DNA of 64,000 bases from Tetramitus jugosus. Lineage: Eukaryota > Protista > Heterolobosea. The notes under the pieces are model-generated. The model saw nothing but the letters and a program-made list of their open reading frames with translations, did not search any database and had not been told where the DNA came from. Shown here in pieces: positions 46,623-60,001 of the stretch. The stretch's first letter is position 1; each line of letters opens with the position of its first letter. The stretch is from assembly GCA_937625935.1 (NCBI GenBank), contig OW569357.1:124001-188000 (forward strand). The letters run 5' to 3'. The position numbers were made by a program, and so were the translations under genes.

Positions 46623-48284
46623 TTAATCCTCTTGGAGGATGCTCAAAATTTTATCGTAAATTGGAGTTACAACTTCTCTTGTTGACCAAACGAAATCCGT
46701 GTGTCCATATTCCTCATATGTGTGGACTGTGCAAAATGATGAGTATTGTTTGAAACAGTTGCGCGTCCTTTCAGGATCAACAACACTGTCCCTTCCACCC
46801 AAAAAAACGTGAATCTTTGAGCTGGGCTGCAAATCTTGCCATTCGTTCAACATCTCCTCCACCTGGTAATCAGATTCGCTGCTTTCATCGGAGTTGGATT
46901 TAAACCGTCGAATACAACCTCCTATCCGCAATAGCTCAAACCAATGAAGCAAGTTATTGACAGAGGTACAACCACTTGGCACATTCACAAAAACTTTGTA
47001 TCGATCATCCAAAGGTCCATCAAACACTGATTTCTCAATAAATCCCATCGCCTTCATCATTAAGTTTCCACCATAGGCAACACTCAATTTGGGCATCAAA
47101 CGTTGAAACATGGGTATGATGGGCATGAACTCGGCATCACCAAACCAATGACCTGGTGTTGCCATCAGCAAACGAAGTAGCCATTGATTTGGTTGTTTCC
47201 TGAGGAATAAGGCAGGACTCAACATGAAGCACTTGTTGAGCTTGCTCTTGAGACTTGGTTGACTACTGAGCGCGCCAAAACATTGTCCCGCTCCTTGTGA
47301 CTGACCCACGAAATGAATTTTTTCGACACCCGTCTGTTGTGTGATGTAATCGATCATTGCAGGCAAATCATAGTCAATCAATTCATCAATGCTAAAGGAG
47401 AAGTCCTCTGGTTTGTTAAACTTTCCTTGGCCATAGTGATTGGTTCGGTTGTTGCCCAACCACACATCATATCCCAGGTTGGCCAATCGAAACGCCAACG
47501 AGTGATCACCAATGACAAAGATGCCTGATGTCTCCAACAGACCATGCTGCAATAGAATCACTTGTCTTGAATTGCTTGTTGTTGTTGTCGTCGTTGTCGT
47601 CATAGTCGTAGCTGAAGAAGCTGCAGGAGCTGTGTTCCTGCTAGTGGCAGAGGATAGTCTTCTCCTTGTTGTGCTTGTTGTGCTTGTATGATTCGATAAT
47701 GTGGCATGAGATGTTGTGGGTGATACGGGACCTCCACTGTCATCCATATGGCCATCAGAACAATGATGATGAGAATGGAGGAGATTGTGAGTCGCATGGA
47801 TCGAACACCACTTTGGATGAACAATTCTCTGAAGAATGAGCTCATGGCCATCATTTGTGATTGCCTTGTGTTGCTCCACCTGGAAGAACAAGGCTTGTTC
47901 ATTATCAGTTGCATCACCGGTTGTCGTTGTTGTCGTTGTTTGTTCTGGTTGACTGTCGTGATGATTGTTCCTTGTATCGCCATGATTCTTGTGCGCACAA
48001 GGTGGTGATGATGGTGATGACAGAGAGATTCTTGTGTTGCGGATGCGCGACTCTGTAAAGAATCGATTCGAAAAGGTTCGTGTCGTGAGCATGTAGCGAC
48101 ACCACACCATAAACAATCGCCATGCAATGTATAACAATACGGACAGCACAGACAGATAAATGGTGAGCGTGTATAGACTGGACAATTGTTCCGCTACGTT
48201 CTTATTGTTATCATGGTTGTTCGGTTGCATTCTATTGCTGCAGCTGCTGCTCACAGGTATAGTGGCCAATATTGGGAGGAGCAT
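46623..48284 (-). CDS. Acid/sterol lipase (LIPA/TGL1-like alpha-beta hydrolase) with N-terminal TM
   Basis: ITNDGHELILQRI, LLQHGL, GYDVWLGNNR, YDLPAMIDYI, GQSQG nucleophile, YGHTDFVW. Confidence 0.9.
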   Translation of the reverse strand: MLLPILATIPVSSSCSNRMQPNNHDNNKNVAEQLSSLYTLTIYLSVLSVLLYIAWRLFMVWCRYMLTTRTFSNRFFTESRIRNTRISLSSPSSPPCAHKNHGDTRNNHHDSQPEQTTTTTTTGDATDNEQALFFQVEQHKAITNDGHELILQRIVHPKWCSIHATHNLLHSHHHCSDGHMDDSGGPVSPTTSHATLSNHTSTTSTTRRRLSSATSRNTAPAASSATTMTTTTTTTTSNSRQVILLQHGLLETSGIFVIGDHSLAFRLANLGYDVWLGNNRTNHYGQGKFNKPEDFSFSIDELIDYDLPAMIDYITQQTGVEKIHFVGQSQGAGQCFGALSSQPSLKSKLNKCFMLSPALFLRKQPNQWLLRLLMATPGHWFGDAEFMPIIPMFQRLMPKLSVAYGGNLMMKAMGFIEKSVFDGPLDDRYKVFVNVPSGCTSVNNLLHWFELLRIGGCIRRFKSNSDESSESDYQVEEMLNEWQDLQPSSKIHVFLGGRDSVVDPERTRNCFKQYSSFCTVHTYEEYGHTDFVWSTREVVTPIYDKILSILQED

Positions 48285-49202
48285 AGTTGCACAACGTTGT
48301 GTTGTTTTTGATGAAGGTTTTTGATTATTGAATGTGTGTGGGCTGTTTTATCTGATGCCCGATATCGGAAGGAAGTTGTTGCTGTTGTTGTTGTGAATGA
48401 AATCTCGCTCTCTATCGTTAGTTATTATTATTGAACAACAGTCCCAAGATTGGAATGCGTTTTTTTTATGGTTCCTTAGATTTTTATCTTTAGTAATCGA
48501 GAGATAATAAAGTTTGAGCGAGAATGGCCAACACCCAATGTCCTTTGTTCCTTTGTGCTGTTGAGTGTTGACTCTTTTTTTTATTCGTTGTGTAATCCTT
48601 CAAACACGGGTGGTTTGCGCCACACACATCTGTCAACAAAACTGAGCAAGTGAAATTTGACAGTAACCGTTGGACTTTGGTCCGGGGATTTGTGGAACTA
48701 CAAAAAGAGTAGTGCACTCTTTATCGGAGGTTGTTGGAGTCAATGGACAACAGCCAACCAATTGTGGGCAAGAAACTGACACACTTTATCGGAAGGAAAA
48801 CAGTTCATCTCTCACGAGAAGGATGCCTCACCAGAAGCAAACCGACAACAGGATTCTCGAGAGTGAAGATGAAGCTGTCAAACTTGGGAACTGCGACACA
48901 TGAAGCGACAAGAACTTCTTGATTCGAGAAGTGCTGCAATGATGACTTTCTGATATCCGATACAAGATACAAACCAGACATCCGTTTCCTGTCGTACACG
49001 GGGTAGAGATATTTTTTCAAAGATTCCGAATATTTTAGGTCAACTAAGGATCGGTTGTATTCTTATCAGCGAGTCGGAATTTTTCCATTCAAAGGTCTGA
49101 TTGTTCTTGTGACCATTCAGTCAAGAACAACAATCAATTTTTGAGTAATACTTCAAGCAAGTTGATCTTTGATCCCGACTATACAACAACAACAGAAACA
49201 TA

Positions 49203-50576
49203 ATGAGCGAGACATTGCATCAAAAGAGAGCGAGACCTGCGTCACAATGTTTCCTGTTCCCTCCCTCACCCATCTTAATTCCTTCGATTCAGGCACAACA
49301 ACCTCCAAAGGAAGAACGATTGGAAGCCAAACGAGTCCCACCTCCTCCAAGCATCTCTGAACAGTACAAGATCATGACATTTAATATTCGATTCGATTAT
49401 GAGGGAGATGGAAGGAATCGATGGAAGTTTCGTTCCAAGGGAGTCTGTCAACAATTGGCAGAATACCATGTTGATATCCTCTGCTTACAAGAAGCGTTAC
49501 GCTACCAGTTCGATGACATTTTTGATTGTCTCAACAGAAATGGATTATCGTATGATGCTGTGACGAGGGGCAGAGAGAAGAATGATCGTTCCGATGGCCC
49601 CGAACCCAACGAGCACTGCTCCATCCTATTCAACAACAAAAAGTTTACAAAAATCGACAGTGGATTTTTTTGGTTGAGTGACACTCCCGATGTTCCAGGC
49701 AGTAAATCATGGGATGCTGATTGTGTTAGAATTGCTACATGGATAGTTCTTGTATCCAAGGACTACACTGGTGGTATGTCACCGCTTCTCGTTGTGAACA
49801 CTCATTGGGATCACATGGGTCACACAGCCAGAATGGAGAGCGCCAAATTGATAAAGAGGCGAATCATTGACATTTCGAATCGAGTACCCGTACCAATTCG
49901 TACCACTATTTTCACAGGTGATCTCAATTGTTTATCCAATTCGAGTGAATTTCATGAGATGTTGAGACGGGAGAGTGATGAACTGGGTGGTGTGCAGATT
50001 ACGTTCAAGAATGCAAAGGATCTGAGTCATGCAGAGTGCAACTTTTTGAATGATCATAGCTCATGTGACAACTTGGCCACGTTTACAGGTTGGCACGATG
50101 AGTGTGAGATTATTATTGATTATGTGTTGATATCGGACCACCATCGATCTTTGCCTCACGTTCACTATGAGGTTCTCACTGATGACCTACCTCTGGAACC
50201 GATTCCAACCCATCACAATGGCTGTCACGAGAATGGAGAGAATGGCTCAGTGAATCCAGTGGAACAACAGAACATTCCAGATATTTGTGTGACTCCAAGT
50301 GGGAGTGACAACGAATCACCATTGACTCCAATGTTCGAACCGAAGAAAATGAGGAACTTGACACATTCCCCCCAACCGATTGACGAAGAACATTCTCCAT
50401 TCCCTACAAAGTTCACTGTCAAACAAAGACGAATGAGCTTACCACCAGTGACATCGTTTTCCAACTTAGAAGAAGCAGAGCAATTTGGGTATACAACCTT
50501 TTCCAGAAAGAAAAAGGGGCTAGCCAGAAGAAAATTGAGTGACCATCGACCAATCTTAGTTACTATCTCGATCTAA
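49203..50576 (+). CDS. Endonuclease/exonuclease/phosphatase (EEP) family protein
   Basis: MTFNIR, DILCLQE, FWLSDTP, NTHWDH, GDLN, IDYVL, SDHRP. Confidence 0.9.
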   Translation: MSETLHQKRARPASQCFLFPPSPILIPSIQAQQPPKEERLEAKRVPPPPSISEQYKIMTFNIRFDYEGDGRNRWKFRSKGVCQQLAEYHVDILCLQEALRYQFDDIFDCLNRNGLSYDAVTRGREKNDRSDGPEPNEHCSILFNNKKFTKIDSGFFWLSDTPDVPGSKSWDADCVRIATWIVLVSKDYTGGMSPLLVVNTHWDHMGHTARMESAKLIKRRIIDISNRVPVPIRTTIFTGDLNCLSNSSEFHEMLRRESDELGGVQITFKNAKDLSHAECNFLNDHSSCDNLATFTGWHDECEIIIDYVLISDHHRSLPHVHYEVLTDDLPLEPIPTHHNGCHENGENGSVNPVEQQNIPDICVTPSGSDNESPLTPMFEPKKMRNLTHSPQPIDEEHSPFPTKFTVKQRRMSLPPVTSFSNLEEAEQFGYTTFSRKKKGLARRKLSDHRPILVTISI

Positions 50577-50617
50577 TGTACTAGTTCCAATAAATCACGT
50601 TTTTATTCCACTTGTTG

Positions 50618-53600
50618 TTAGCAAGATTCGTTGAGGATTGAGTAACATGCATCACAAACTCTCACAGGTTGATCAAAACCGAACCGAAGTATGGCAATCT
50701 TCTTATCAGAGCAAGAATGACAAAAGAGTCCACCGCAATATCTACAGTGATGTCTTCTCTTTTTGAATGTAAAATTAGTGTTACATTGCATACATGCCTT
50801 TGCATCCTTGTCTGGAACCCATTGATGAGCACAAATGCAACTACTCTGATTGCCTCCTGCTGATATCATACGAACAGATCTACGATACAAGAACTCTACT
50901 TGCTTGGGTTCATCCTGATCAACTTCGTCACCTAATCCCAATCGCCCATACATTCCCGAACCCCACGCTAGCACGGTGCCCTGCTGTGTCACACACATTG
51001 TATGGTTTGCTCCACACGCAATTTGTTTGGAAGGACCAATAGTCACTATCCTCTGTGGAAAATGGCAATTAGATTTGTTACGAATTCCGATTTGACCATA
51101 CAATCCAGAGCCCCAAGCGTAGATACTCCCATCGGCCAGCAAGCAAGCACTATGTCCGCTTCCACAAGCAACCTGTACTACATTAAGATTAGAAAGAGAG
51201 GAAATATGTTGAGGAGACAGCCTGTTTTCATTCGATCCAAGACCGAGCTGCCCATAAGATCCATTACCAAAAGCCATGACTTGACAATCCAGTCTCAGAA
51301 TTAAAGAATGCCAAGCTCCTAGAGACACCTGTCGCGCCTTGAAATTATACAACTGAGATAGGTTGACGGGTGAAGATTGGTTTTCTCGATTCCCAGTACC
51401 TAATTGGCCATCTTCATTCCTTCCCCAAATATACACACTTCCGCTCTCAGTAATACAGGCGCTGTGCCAATTTCCACAGGCAATATCGATCACTCTCTCA
51501 TTGAACTTTAATTTAGTCGGGGTTGATGTACTTGAACTCGATTTCGTTCCTAATCCCAGTTGACCATATTCGGAAGAGCCAAACACCCAAATATCACCTT
51601 GAGTATCGAGTACCATGGTATGTACAAAGCCCATCTGCACCTTGGACACACTCGTTCCCACAAGATATCGAACTAAAGAGGGTTTTAACCGATCACTCGA
51701 GTCACCATGCCCCAATTTCCCCTTCTCTCCACTTCCCCAGGTAAATAATTCTCCTGATCGAGTGATGGCTGCACTTGAATTGTTGTTACATGCTATGAAA
51801 GCTATATCAAGGAAAAGAAAATCTCTCATCACCATAGGGGTAGACAGATCTTGTTCGATCCCGTGACCTAAACCTCCTCTGAGACCTTGTCCCCAAGTGT
51901 ATGCATCACCTAAATGCTCAAAATTATTCTTGAGATTTTTCTTCTCTTTGCCCATGTTAATTGAAACTCGATTGAAGGATGGTTCATCTGTTGTAGTTTG
52001 TGATTGAGATGGAGATGAAAAATCTCCAGATAGAAGATGGTTCAGTCCTGTGATCCACATTTGATATTCTCTCTTATCTGTACACACAAGATCTAGAGTT
52101 TTGTTGCCATACAAGATTGAGAAACTGAGTGATTCAAGTTCTGGGTTTGGCCTCTTCTCAAATACGAGTGTTTTCTGGCCTTGAACAATCTGGTTAATTG
52201 TGTCGACTCCAATTTGGCTTTTATCCAGAGATTTGTTTCGGCTGCCCCATCGAATATACTTTCCATCATCAGAGAGAGCAATTGTTCTAAAGTGGGGCTT
52301 CCTGTGAGTGCAATACTTGAGTAGTGCTGAACCCTTCTTCATTGTGGAAATAGCATCTTCTACAGAGAGTTCAATGTCAGTGGATTTTCTTGATTTGGCC
52401 ACAGAGATGGTGGAGTTTGATGCATCCTGGAGCGATCGAGCAGTAATATGAAGCGAGTTTGATCTGTTTGTATTGCGATTCTCCATAATCGTTTCATGAA
52501 TCAATTGCAACCATTCTTGTTTCTCCTCGACCGAGAAACACTGGAAAATTGCAGAATGATCGGGTGACTTGATCTGGAAGATGGTGTTCAACCCAGAACC
52601 TGACCTTACGTAATCAAACAGTAGAATGCTCTTCAGTTTGATACTGGCCCGATGCTTGAACTCTTCGTTATCCATTAACGTCGAACAAACTAAAATGTCA
52701 TTAAACAAATGAATGCAGCTAACTTCACCGGTTTTCACAAGGGACTCACTTCCCTGTAGAACATCGTGAAATCGACCCTCCTTCTTGAATTTTCGATGTG
52801 CTTCAACAAGTTTTACATTAGTAGTAAACTGACTCTGTATCTTTAGTATATCATTTGTTCCATCTATCGATTTCATTGTATTGTTCAAATGATCAGCTAC
52901 CGAACAAACTTTAGTAAATGCTTGATCTAAGCGAACATAATCCGAATGGTCTGAGTCTGTGTGTTTCAGTAGATCTTGTAACAATAGCTTGTATCTCGGA
53001 ATTCGTTGAATAGGTAAGATGAGATAGGAAGATAGATTACCCTTTGAAACTTTTGGACTCTTGTCCAATGTTGAAAGCACATTCTTCATCTCGTTATTCT
53101 TCTTTAATTCTTTCAACAATTGTTGACTCTTGTCATAGTTTGTGCAGTATCCAGAGTAGGTCTTGAAAAATGGTGCCATCTCCAGAAAGATATCACTGAT
53201 TGATGTACTCAATTGATAATTCGCTAATCGCTGCTCCAGACTATGTAGAAACGTTAGATTTACGCGTCTAATCACTTCTATATCTGAGAATAGGACACTA
53301 ACTTGCTCTCTAGTGATCAAAGGTTTGTTGCCTGAAGCCAACAATTTCATCGGTTCCAAATACACCTCAGAGATCACATTCAAGTCATGAACATATTGTT
53401 TCTCAGTTGATAAGATTTCAAATATGCAATTCGTTCTGTGCTTTTGTCTCTTTAGCAACAACTCAAACCGCCTTCGCCCCAGCCACCTTCTGGTATACTT
53501 TTGAAGCACAACAGCCGCCAAATTTTCTTCATTCTTCTCAAATCCATCTCTTGAGCAAACTCCTGTTCCATTCTCTGTTCGATTGAGAGACGAATTCATT

Positions 53601-54754
53601 ATGCTAGATAGTTGACTCTGTCTTCTTACTCTCTTTGGAATGTAGGGTACGAACTCTCCCATAGTAGGAGACAATTCGCGTTTTCTTTCAGAAGATGACC
53701 TCGATCTATGTCCATTCTTCTTATTATCGTTGAGTTGTTGTTGTGGAGCATCCATGTCTGTCCCCGTGATAGATAGCCTGGGTTGAACACCAGAAAGATT
53801 CCTGGTTGAGAAACGAGCAGTATTGGGTGGAGATTGTCGCGAATCTGCGGGCATCATTGGCAGTTGACTCGCATTAATTTTCATTGTCTCCCTTGTTGAA
53901 GAGTCATTCTCACCCTTGTCAATTGATGAGATAGCTTGGAGAGATGACCTAGTAACGACTCCTAGCCTTCGAGATAACTCCTCTTGAAGCTTATTCTCAA
54001 TCTTAGAATGACCCATCTGAATACTTCGTCTGGAAGATGTATCAAAGGGAGCTATTGTTGCAGATAGTGATTCACGGTCATTGTTTCCAAGTGTTTCTTG
54101 CTGTTCGTTTTCTTGTAGTGCCGCAGCAGTTGTTGTATGACTCTTGTCTCTATGCTGCTGAGATAAGAGCGCAGAGGGTAACAAGGAATGAGATAGTCGT
54201 TTGAATATGATGGAGTGACGATGTTTTCTAGGTGAGTGATCCTCTTCGCTGTGATCAGAATGGTTGCTACTATTGTCGTTATGTGGTTCATTCTCATGTG
54301 CAGCAATAGTGATTGTCTCTTGTTTCTCTCCATTCAATTGCTCATGATTGCTTCTCAGCTCTGGTGATGTGTTATTCTTGTTGATTGAAGATCTTTGAGT
54401 GCCACTCCTGATCTCAGTTTCATCTGAAGAACTAGTAGTCGTAGTAGTAGCAATAGACGAAGAGCTAGTTGTTCGCTTTCTTCTAGGTGGAACAGGAGGC
54501 GGTAGTTCGCTATTGGTGCTTGGATGAATGGAGTTATTACTTGATGATTGTCCAGAATCGTCGTTTGATGATGATGACAAATGCACAGCCTGTGACAATC
54601 GAATACTGCCCGACTTGTTAAACACTTTGATCGGTGCAGTTTGTTGTTTGTCTAGACCGAGAGCCTGAATTCGAGATCGAATGCTCTCACTCGTGTTCAC
54701 TAAGACAGGAGGATCTTTGGTGTTAATGTTGTTATTGTGATTGTCGTTGCTCAT
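50618..54754 (-). CDS. Multidomain RhoGEF: IQ-DH-PH-PH-RCC1 repeats-FYVE
   Basis: LQKYTRRWLGRR, EILSTEKQYV, LILPIQRIPRYKLLL, PH, repeated WG.G..GQLG, WVPD..CMQC..RRHHCRYCG. Confidence 0.9.
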   Translation of the reverse strand: MSNDNHNNNINTKDPPVLVNTSESIRSRIQALGLDKQQTAPIKVFNKSGSIRLSQAVHLSSSSNDDSGQSSSNNSIHPSTNSELPPPVPPRRKRTTSSSSIATTTTTSSSDETEIRSGTQRSSINKNNTSPELRSNHEQLNGEKQETITIAAHENEPHNDNSSNHSDHSEEDHSPRKHRHSIIFKRLSHSLLPSALLSQQHRDKSHTTTAAALQENEQQETLGNNDRESLSATIAPFDTSSRRSIQMGHSKIENKLQEELSRRLGVVTRSSLQAISSIDKGENDSSTRETMKINASQLPMMPADSRQSPPNTARFSTRNLSGVQPRLSITGTDMDAPQQQLNDNKKNGHRSRSSSERKRELSPTMGEFVPYIPKRVRRQSQLSSIMNSSLNRTENGTGVCSRDGFEKNEENLAAVVLQKYTRRWLGRRRFELLLKRQKHRTNCIFEILSTEKQYVHDLNVISEVYLEPMKLLASGNKPLITREQVSVLFSDIEVIRRVNLTFLHSLEQRLANYQLSTSISDIFLEMAPFFKTYSGYCTNYDKSQQLLKELKKNNEMKNVLSTLDKSPKVSKGNLSSYLILPIQRIPRYKLLLQDLLKHTDSDHSDYVRLDQAFTKVCSVADHLNNTMKSIDGTNDILKIQSQFTTNVKLVEAHRKFKKEGRFHDVLQGSESLVKTGEVSCIHLFNDILVCSTLMDNEEFKHRASIKLKSILLFDYVRSGSGLNTIFQIKSPDHSAIFQCFSVEEKQEWLQLIHETIMENRNTNRSNSLHITARSLQDASNSTISVAKSRKSTDIELSVEDAISTMKKGSALLKYCTHRKPHFRTIALSDDGKYIRWGSRNKSLDKSQIGVDTINQIVQGQKTLVFEKRPNPELESLSFSILYGNKTLDLVCTDKREYQMWITGLNHLLSGDFSSPSQSQTTTDEPSFNRVSINMGKEKKNLKNNFEHLGDAYTWGQGLRGGLGHGIEQDLSTPMVMRDFLFLDIAFIACNNNSSAAITRSGELFTWGSGEKGKLGHGDSSDRLKPSLVRYLVGTSVSKVQMGFVHTMVLDTQGDIWVFGSSEYGQLGLGTKSSSSTSTPTKLKFNERVIDIACGNWHSACITESGSVYIWGRNEDGQLGTGNRENQSSPVNLSQLYNFKARQVSLGAWHSLILRLDCQVMAFGNGSYGQLGLGSNENRLSPQHISSLSNLNVVQVACGSGHSACLLADGSIYAWGSGLYGQIGIRNKSNCHFPQRIVTIGPSKQIACGANHTMCVTQQGTVLAWGSGMYGRLGLGDEVDQDEPKQVEFLYRRSVRMISAGGNQSSCICAHQWVPDKDAKACMQCNTNFTFKKRRHHCRYCGGLFCHSCSDKKIAILRFGFDQPVRVCDACYSILNESC

Positions 54755-55248
54755 GGTAAGATTACGATACAATTGTTCGAGTGTGAGAGGCGATTGAATA
54801 TTGAACAAAGATGAAGGATTCCAGTGCTTGTTGTGGTTGTTTTTGTTTCTCTCTTTTCTATTCGAATTCGGTGGATTGTGCTCAACAAAACTCTGAATAA
54901 GCCCAGACGAACAAAGCTAACTCTGGCGGAAGAATCTGGCTCAAAAACATGACTCTGGCAAGCGCTGAACAGAAACACATGCCATGCTAAAAATGGTCTG
55001 AATACTCCGAAAGTCCTTTTTTCGATACTATCTCTTGAGCTTTTGATTCAAATGATACCCTCGTGAGGAGGTATTTGTGTGATATCATCACTCTGATAAG
55101 TATGGTGATGATACTCATTTGGTGCTGCTCAGCAGGCTCATTCAACAACACATTTCTCTTGATCGAGTTGTTTGAAGTTGTGCGCATCGATATTGTCCGC
55201 AACACAACAAGCGACAAAATCGTGGCAGAAAGCATATCAAACATCATA

Positions 55249-57168
55249 ATGAACTCATGTGGGTCACTGTCAAAGGGTATAAATCATCTCCCTGTTGAAC
55301 TGCTCAATCAAATTTTTCTCTTCCTTGAATTCCATGAGTTAGTACATGATATTTCGCTTGTTTGTGATCTGTGGCGTCGCATCACTCATCTCCGATCCTA
55401 CTACACGAGTGACATACTGTGGATCAACAAGTGCTTTCAACGGTGGAACATGTGGCACCATATCCACAGAATAATGGATATGAGTGAACGTACGATCACT
55501 GAACATGATGATGAAGGATTGTTGATCCGTGTGGACTCGGTTGACCAAATGAGAGCAGTTCAACCAAAGCTCGAACAAGAGTATCCATTTCAAATCATGG
55601 GTATGACGAGTCAATTTATGGGAAGTAGTGATGATGATAGTGAATCTTTGCTCAGAGAAGATGAGAGTTTCTGGTATCGAGTGTTTCGAGAGAGATATGA
55701 GAAGGATGGACGAGTGTTTCGCATGCTGATGAACAAGACAATGTGGAACCGAAGATTGGAAGTTGAAATTTTGAATGAATGCACAGATATGGACGTGTTT
55801 GAATACTTGAAGAAAACTGTTTCGATACCAAATATGAGTATGACCTATCTGTACTACGCCAACAAGTTGATTAAGAAATTACACAATGAACAAATGTATC
55901 ACAAATGGCAACGCTTTATCAGGTATTGTGATGATCCAAATGCAAAAGTGTTGATGATTGATGGTGCACTCATGATCTCCAAGTTGAAATCTGTTGACTT
56001 TAATGTACAGGAATCAGTCTTAAATCCATTGAATGCAATGGTATCACATGTAAAAAGCAGAGCAAATGAATTGAATCTGGACATCAGCTATGAGCACGAG
56101 CAGTTATTTGAGGTTGTGAATGAAGAAATGTATGTCAACTGCGAACTAAGAGGTGATTTGGGTCCGCTTGATGAGATGAGCAATAGATTTATCGATGGAA
56201 CGATTCAACACAAGGCAGGTTTCCCAATAATGCTATGTGCAATGTATCAATACATATGCTACCATGCGTTTGGAATACTATTGCTTCCTATCGGTGCTCC
56301 CGGTCGCTTCTTACTCAAATGGGACAAGGGTGCAAAATATATTGATGCCTTTGAAAACGGAGCCATCATGTCTCAGAACCGATGTATTGAATGTGTGACC
56401 CAGTATGTTGAGAGTGAATCCTTGAACGAAAAACAAATTATAGACCAATTTCTTAGTAAGCCGTCTCCCAATGCGCGCATATTCTCTCGAATGTTGGCCA
56501 ATATCATTGAATCGTCTCCTAATCGTTATGCCAGTATTGGAGATTACGAAGTGCTATCATTTCTCCAAGTATCTCTTCTACTTGATCCAAATAACTATTA
56601 CCACCGTATCCTACGGATAGAGAGAGCATTAAATCAACCAGATATGCTTCAAGCAGCACAAGATGATCTACAATTTCTCTTTGATAACAGCATAGGTGTA
56701 GGAAGAGTATACACTCATGATGCAGCCGGTCGATTGCTCGCCAAACTACAGATGATCGTGGAAAGGGTCCGACTGGAGTTGCGTAATGAACCAGAGAGAC
56801 CCAACATTACGTACAGAAATACTGACATTCAATACTATCCTGGTCAACAAATGAAGCATCGAAAGTATGGTTATCGAGGAGTCATATTTGGGTATGATCC
56901 CAAATGTATGATGTCAGAGCAATGGATACAGCATATGGGTGTCTCCTTGAGACAAAGAAACAATCCATTTTATCATGTTTTGGTTCACGGACAAGACCGG
57001 CCATCTCAAATCACATATGTCTGTGCTGAAAATATCATTGCTTCTGAGCTGCACGAGCCAATTGAACACTCGGAAATTGGTCGATATTTTGAACAATTCA
57101 ATGAAGTAGAAGGAAGATACATTCCCAATCGACTCACCAAGTACATGTATCCCGATACCGCGATTTAG
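55249..57168 (+). CDS. FBXO21: F-box only protein 21-like (F-box + transglutaminase-like + YccV/HspQ)
   Basis: LPVELLNQIFLFL, GFPIMLC, PGRFLL, IDAFENG, HRKYGYRGVIFGYD, PFYHVLV, IGRYF. Confidence 0.82.
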   Translation: MNSCGSLSKGINHLPVELLNQIFLFLEFHELVHDISLVCDLWRRITHLRSYYTSDILWINKCFQRWNMWHHIHRIMDMSERTITEHDDEGLLIRVDSVDQMRAVQPKLEQEYPFQIMGMTSQFMGSSDDDSESLLREDESFWYRVFRERYEKDGRVFRMLMNKTMWNRRLEVEILNECTDMDVFEYLKKTVSIPNMSMTYLYYANKLIKKLHNEQMYHKWQRFIRYCDDPNAKVLMIDGALMISKLKSVDFNVQESVLNPLNAMVSHVKSRANELNLDISYEHEQLFEVVNEEMYVNCELRGDLGPLDEMSNRFIDGTIQHKAGFPIMLCAMYQYICYHAFGILLLPIGAPGRFLLKWDKGAKYIDAFENGAIMSQNRCIECVTQYVESESLNEKQIIDQFLSKPSPNARIFSRMLANIIESSPNRYASIGDYEVLSFLQVSLLLDPNNYYHRILRIERALNQPDMLQAAQDDLQFLFDNSIGVGRVYTHDAAGRLLAKLQMIVERVRLELRNEPERPNITYRNTDIQYYPGQQMKHRKYGYRGVIFGYDPKCMMSEQWIQHMGVSLRQRNNPFYHVLVHGQDRPSQITYVCAENIIASELHEPIEHSEIGRYFEQFNEVEGRYIPNRLTKYMYPDTAI

Positions 57169-57641
57169 ACATCAAATTCACACAAATGAACTGCATCCAA
57201 CCACTGACCCAGAAAAAAACCGTAAACTGTTGTTGATCAAGCTGTCACCTTTCATTTTTCGTTGACCCCATCTCCCTATTTTTCCTTCCTCGAATGGAGC
57301 TGGTACCGAACGAGTTCATCCAAAACCAAATCTCCCTTAAGCACCAAAACACACAACAACATCCATCTAGGACAAACTCTTCCTCAACGGCATTGGTCAT
57401 TTTTCGATTCTCGTCATCATTGATAGGATTTTTGGAGCTCAACAACAACAACAAATAAAAAAACAACAACATCACTGAGACAGGTCGTCAAAAAAGACAA
57501 ACAACACACAATATTGACAACTGTCGTTTCCTCCGAACACAAAAAAATCAACAACTTTTCAAACGCGACTACAACAACAACAAACAACAACAAACAACAA
57601 AAAACTTTCAATTGTAATCATCATTATCATCAAACATCGTT

Positions 57642-59376
<1,735 letters not shown>

Positions 59377-60001
59377 TGTGACAAACGTTTGGTCACAATC
59401 ATAATCACGCGTTCTATCTCAATGTATTGAATCGTCGTCCGTCGTCATCATAGATCATGACTCATGAGGTAATGGTATGAATGACAAGGTGATGACGACA
59501 ACGACGAGCAAGGCAAGAGATGACGAAAACAGAGTGACACAACAACTGACTTTATAATCTCTAACAGAGAAGATCCCATGACCCAACAACAATCCCACTG
59601 TCTTCATCCATACTTTCCGACCACATTGCAATCTCCCAAATATTTTCTCTAATAATTTATTATTAAATTACTCATCTTGAACGTACGCACAAGAAATTGA
59701 GAGGTCATTTTTTGAAAAGTCGATTATTACTCGCAAACCATCACTGTAATGTTCTGTATTGTTGTTCATCAGTTAGTTTGTTGATATTCTTCTTCACTTA
59801 TTAGAAAAGTGTGGATCTTAATTCCTCGAGTCTTTGTGTTGTGAATTGGGAGGATGCACAAGGAATCTTCTTGTCGAATGGAACTGCATGGAAACAAGAT
59901 TGTTGTTTTAGGCCAATACCAAACTAATTTCTGGATGCCCAAAATGCGATGATCTGGTGAAGTAAGTGCTTCAAAGAACAGTATCAAAAGAAATCAGAGT
60001 T

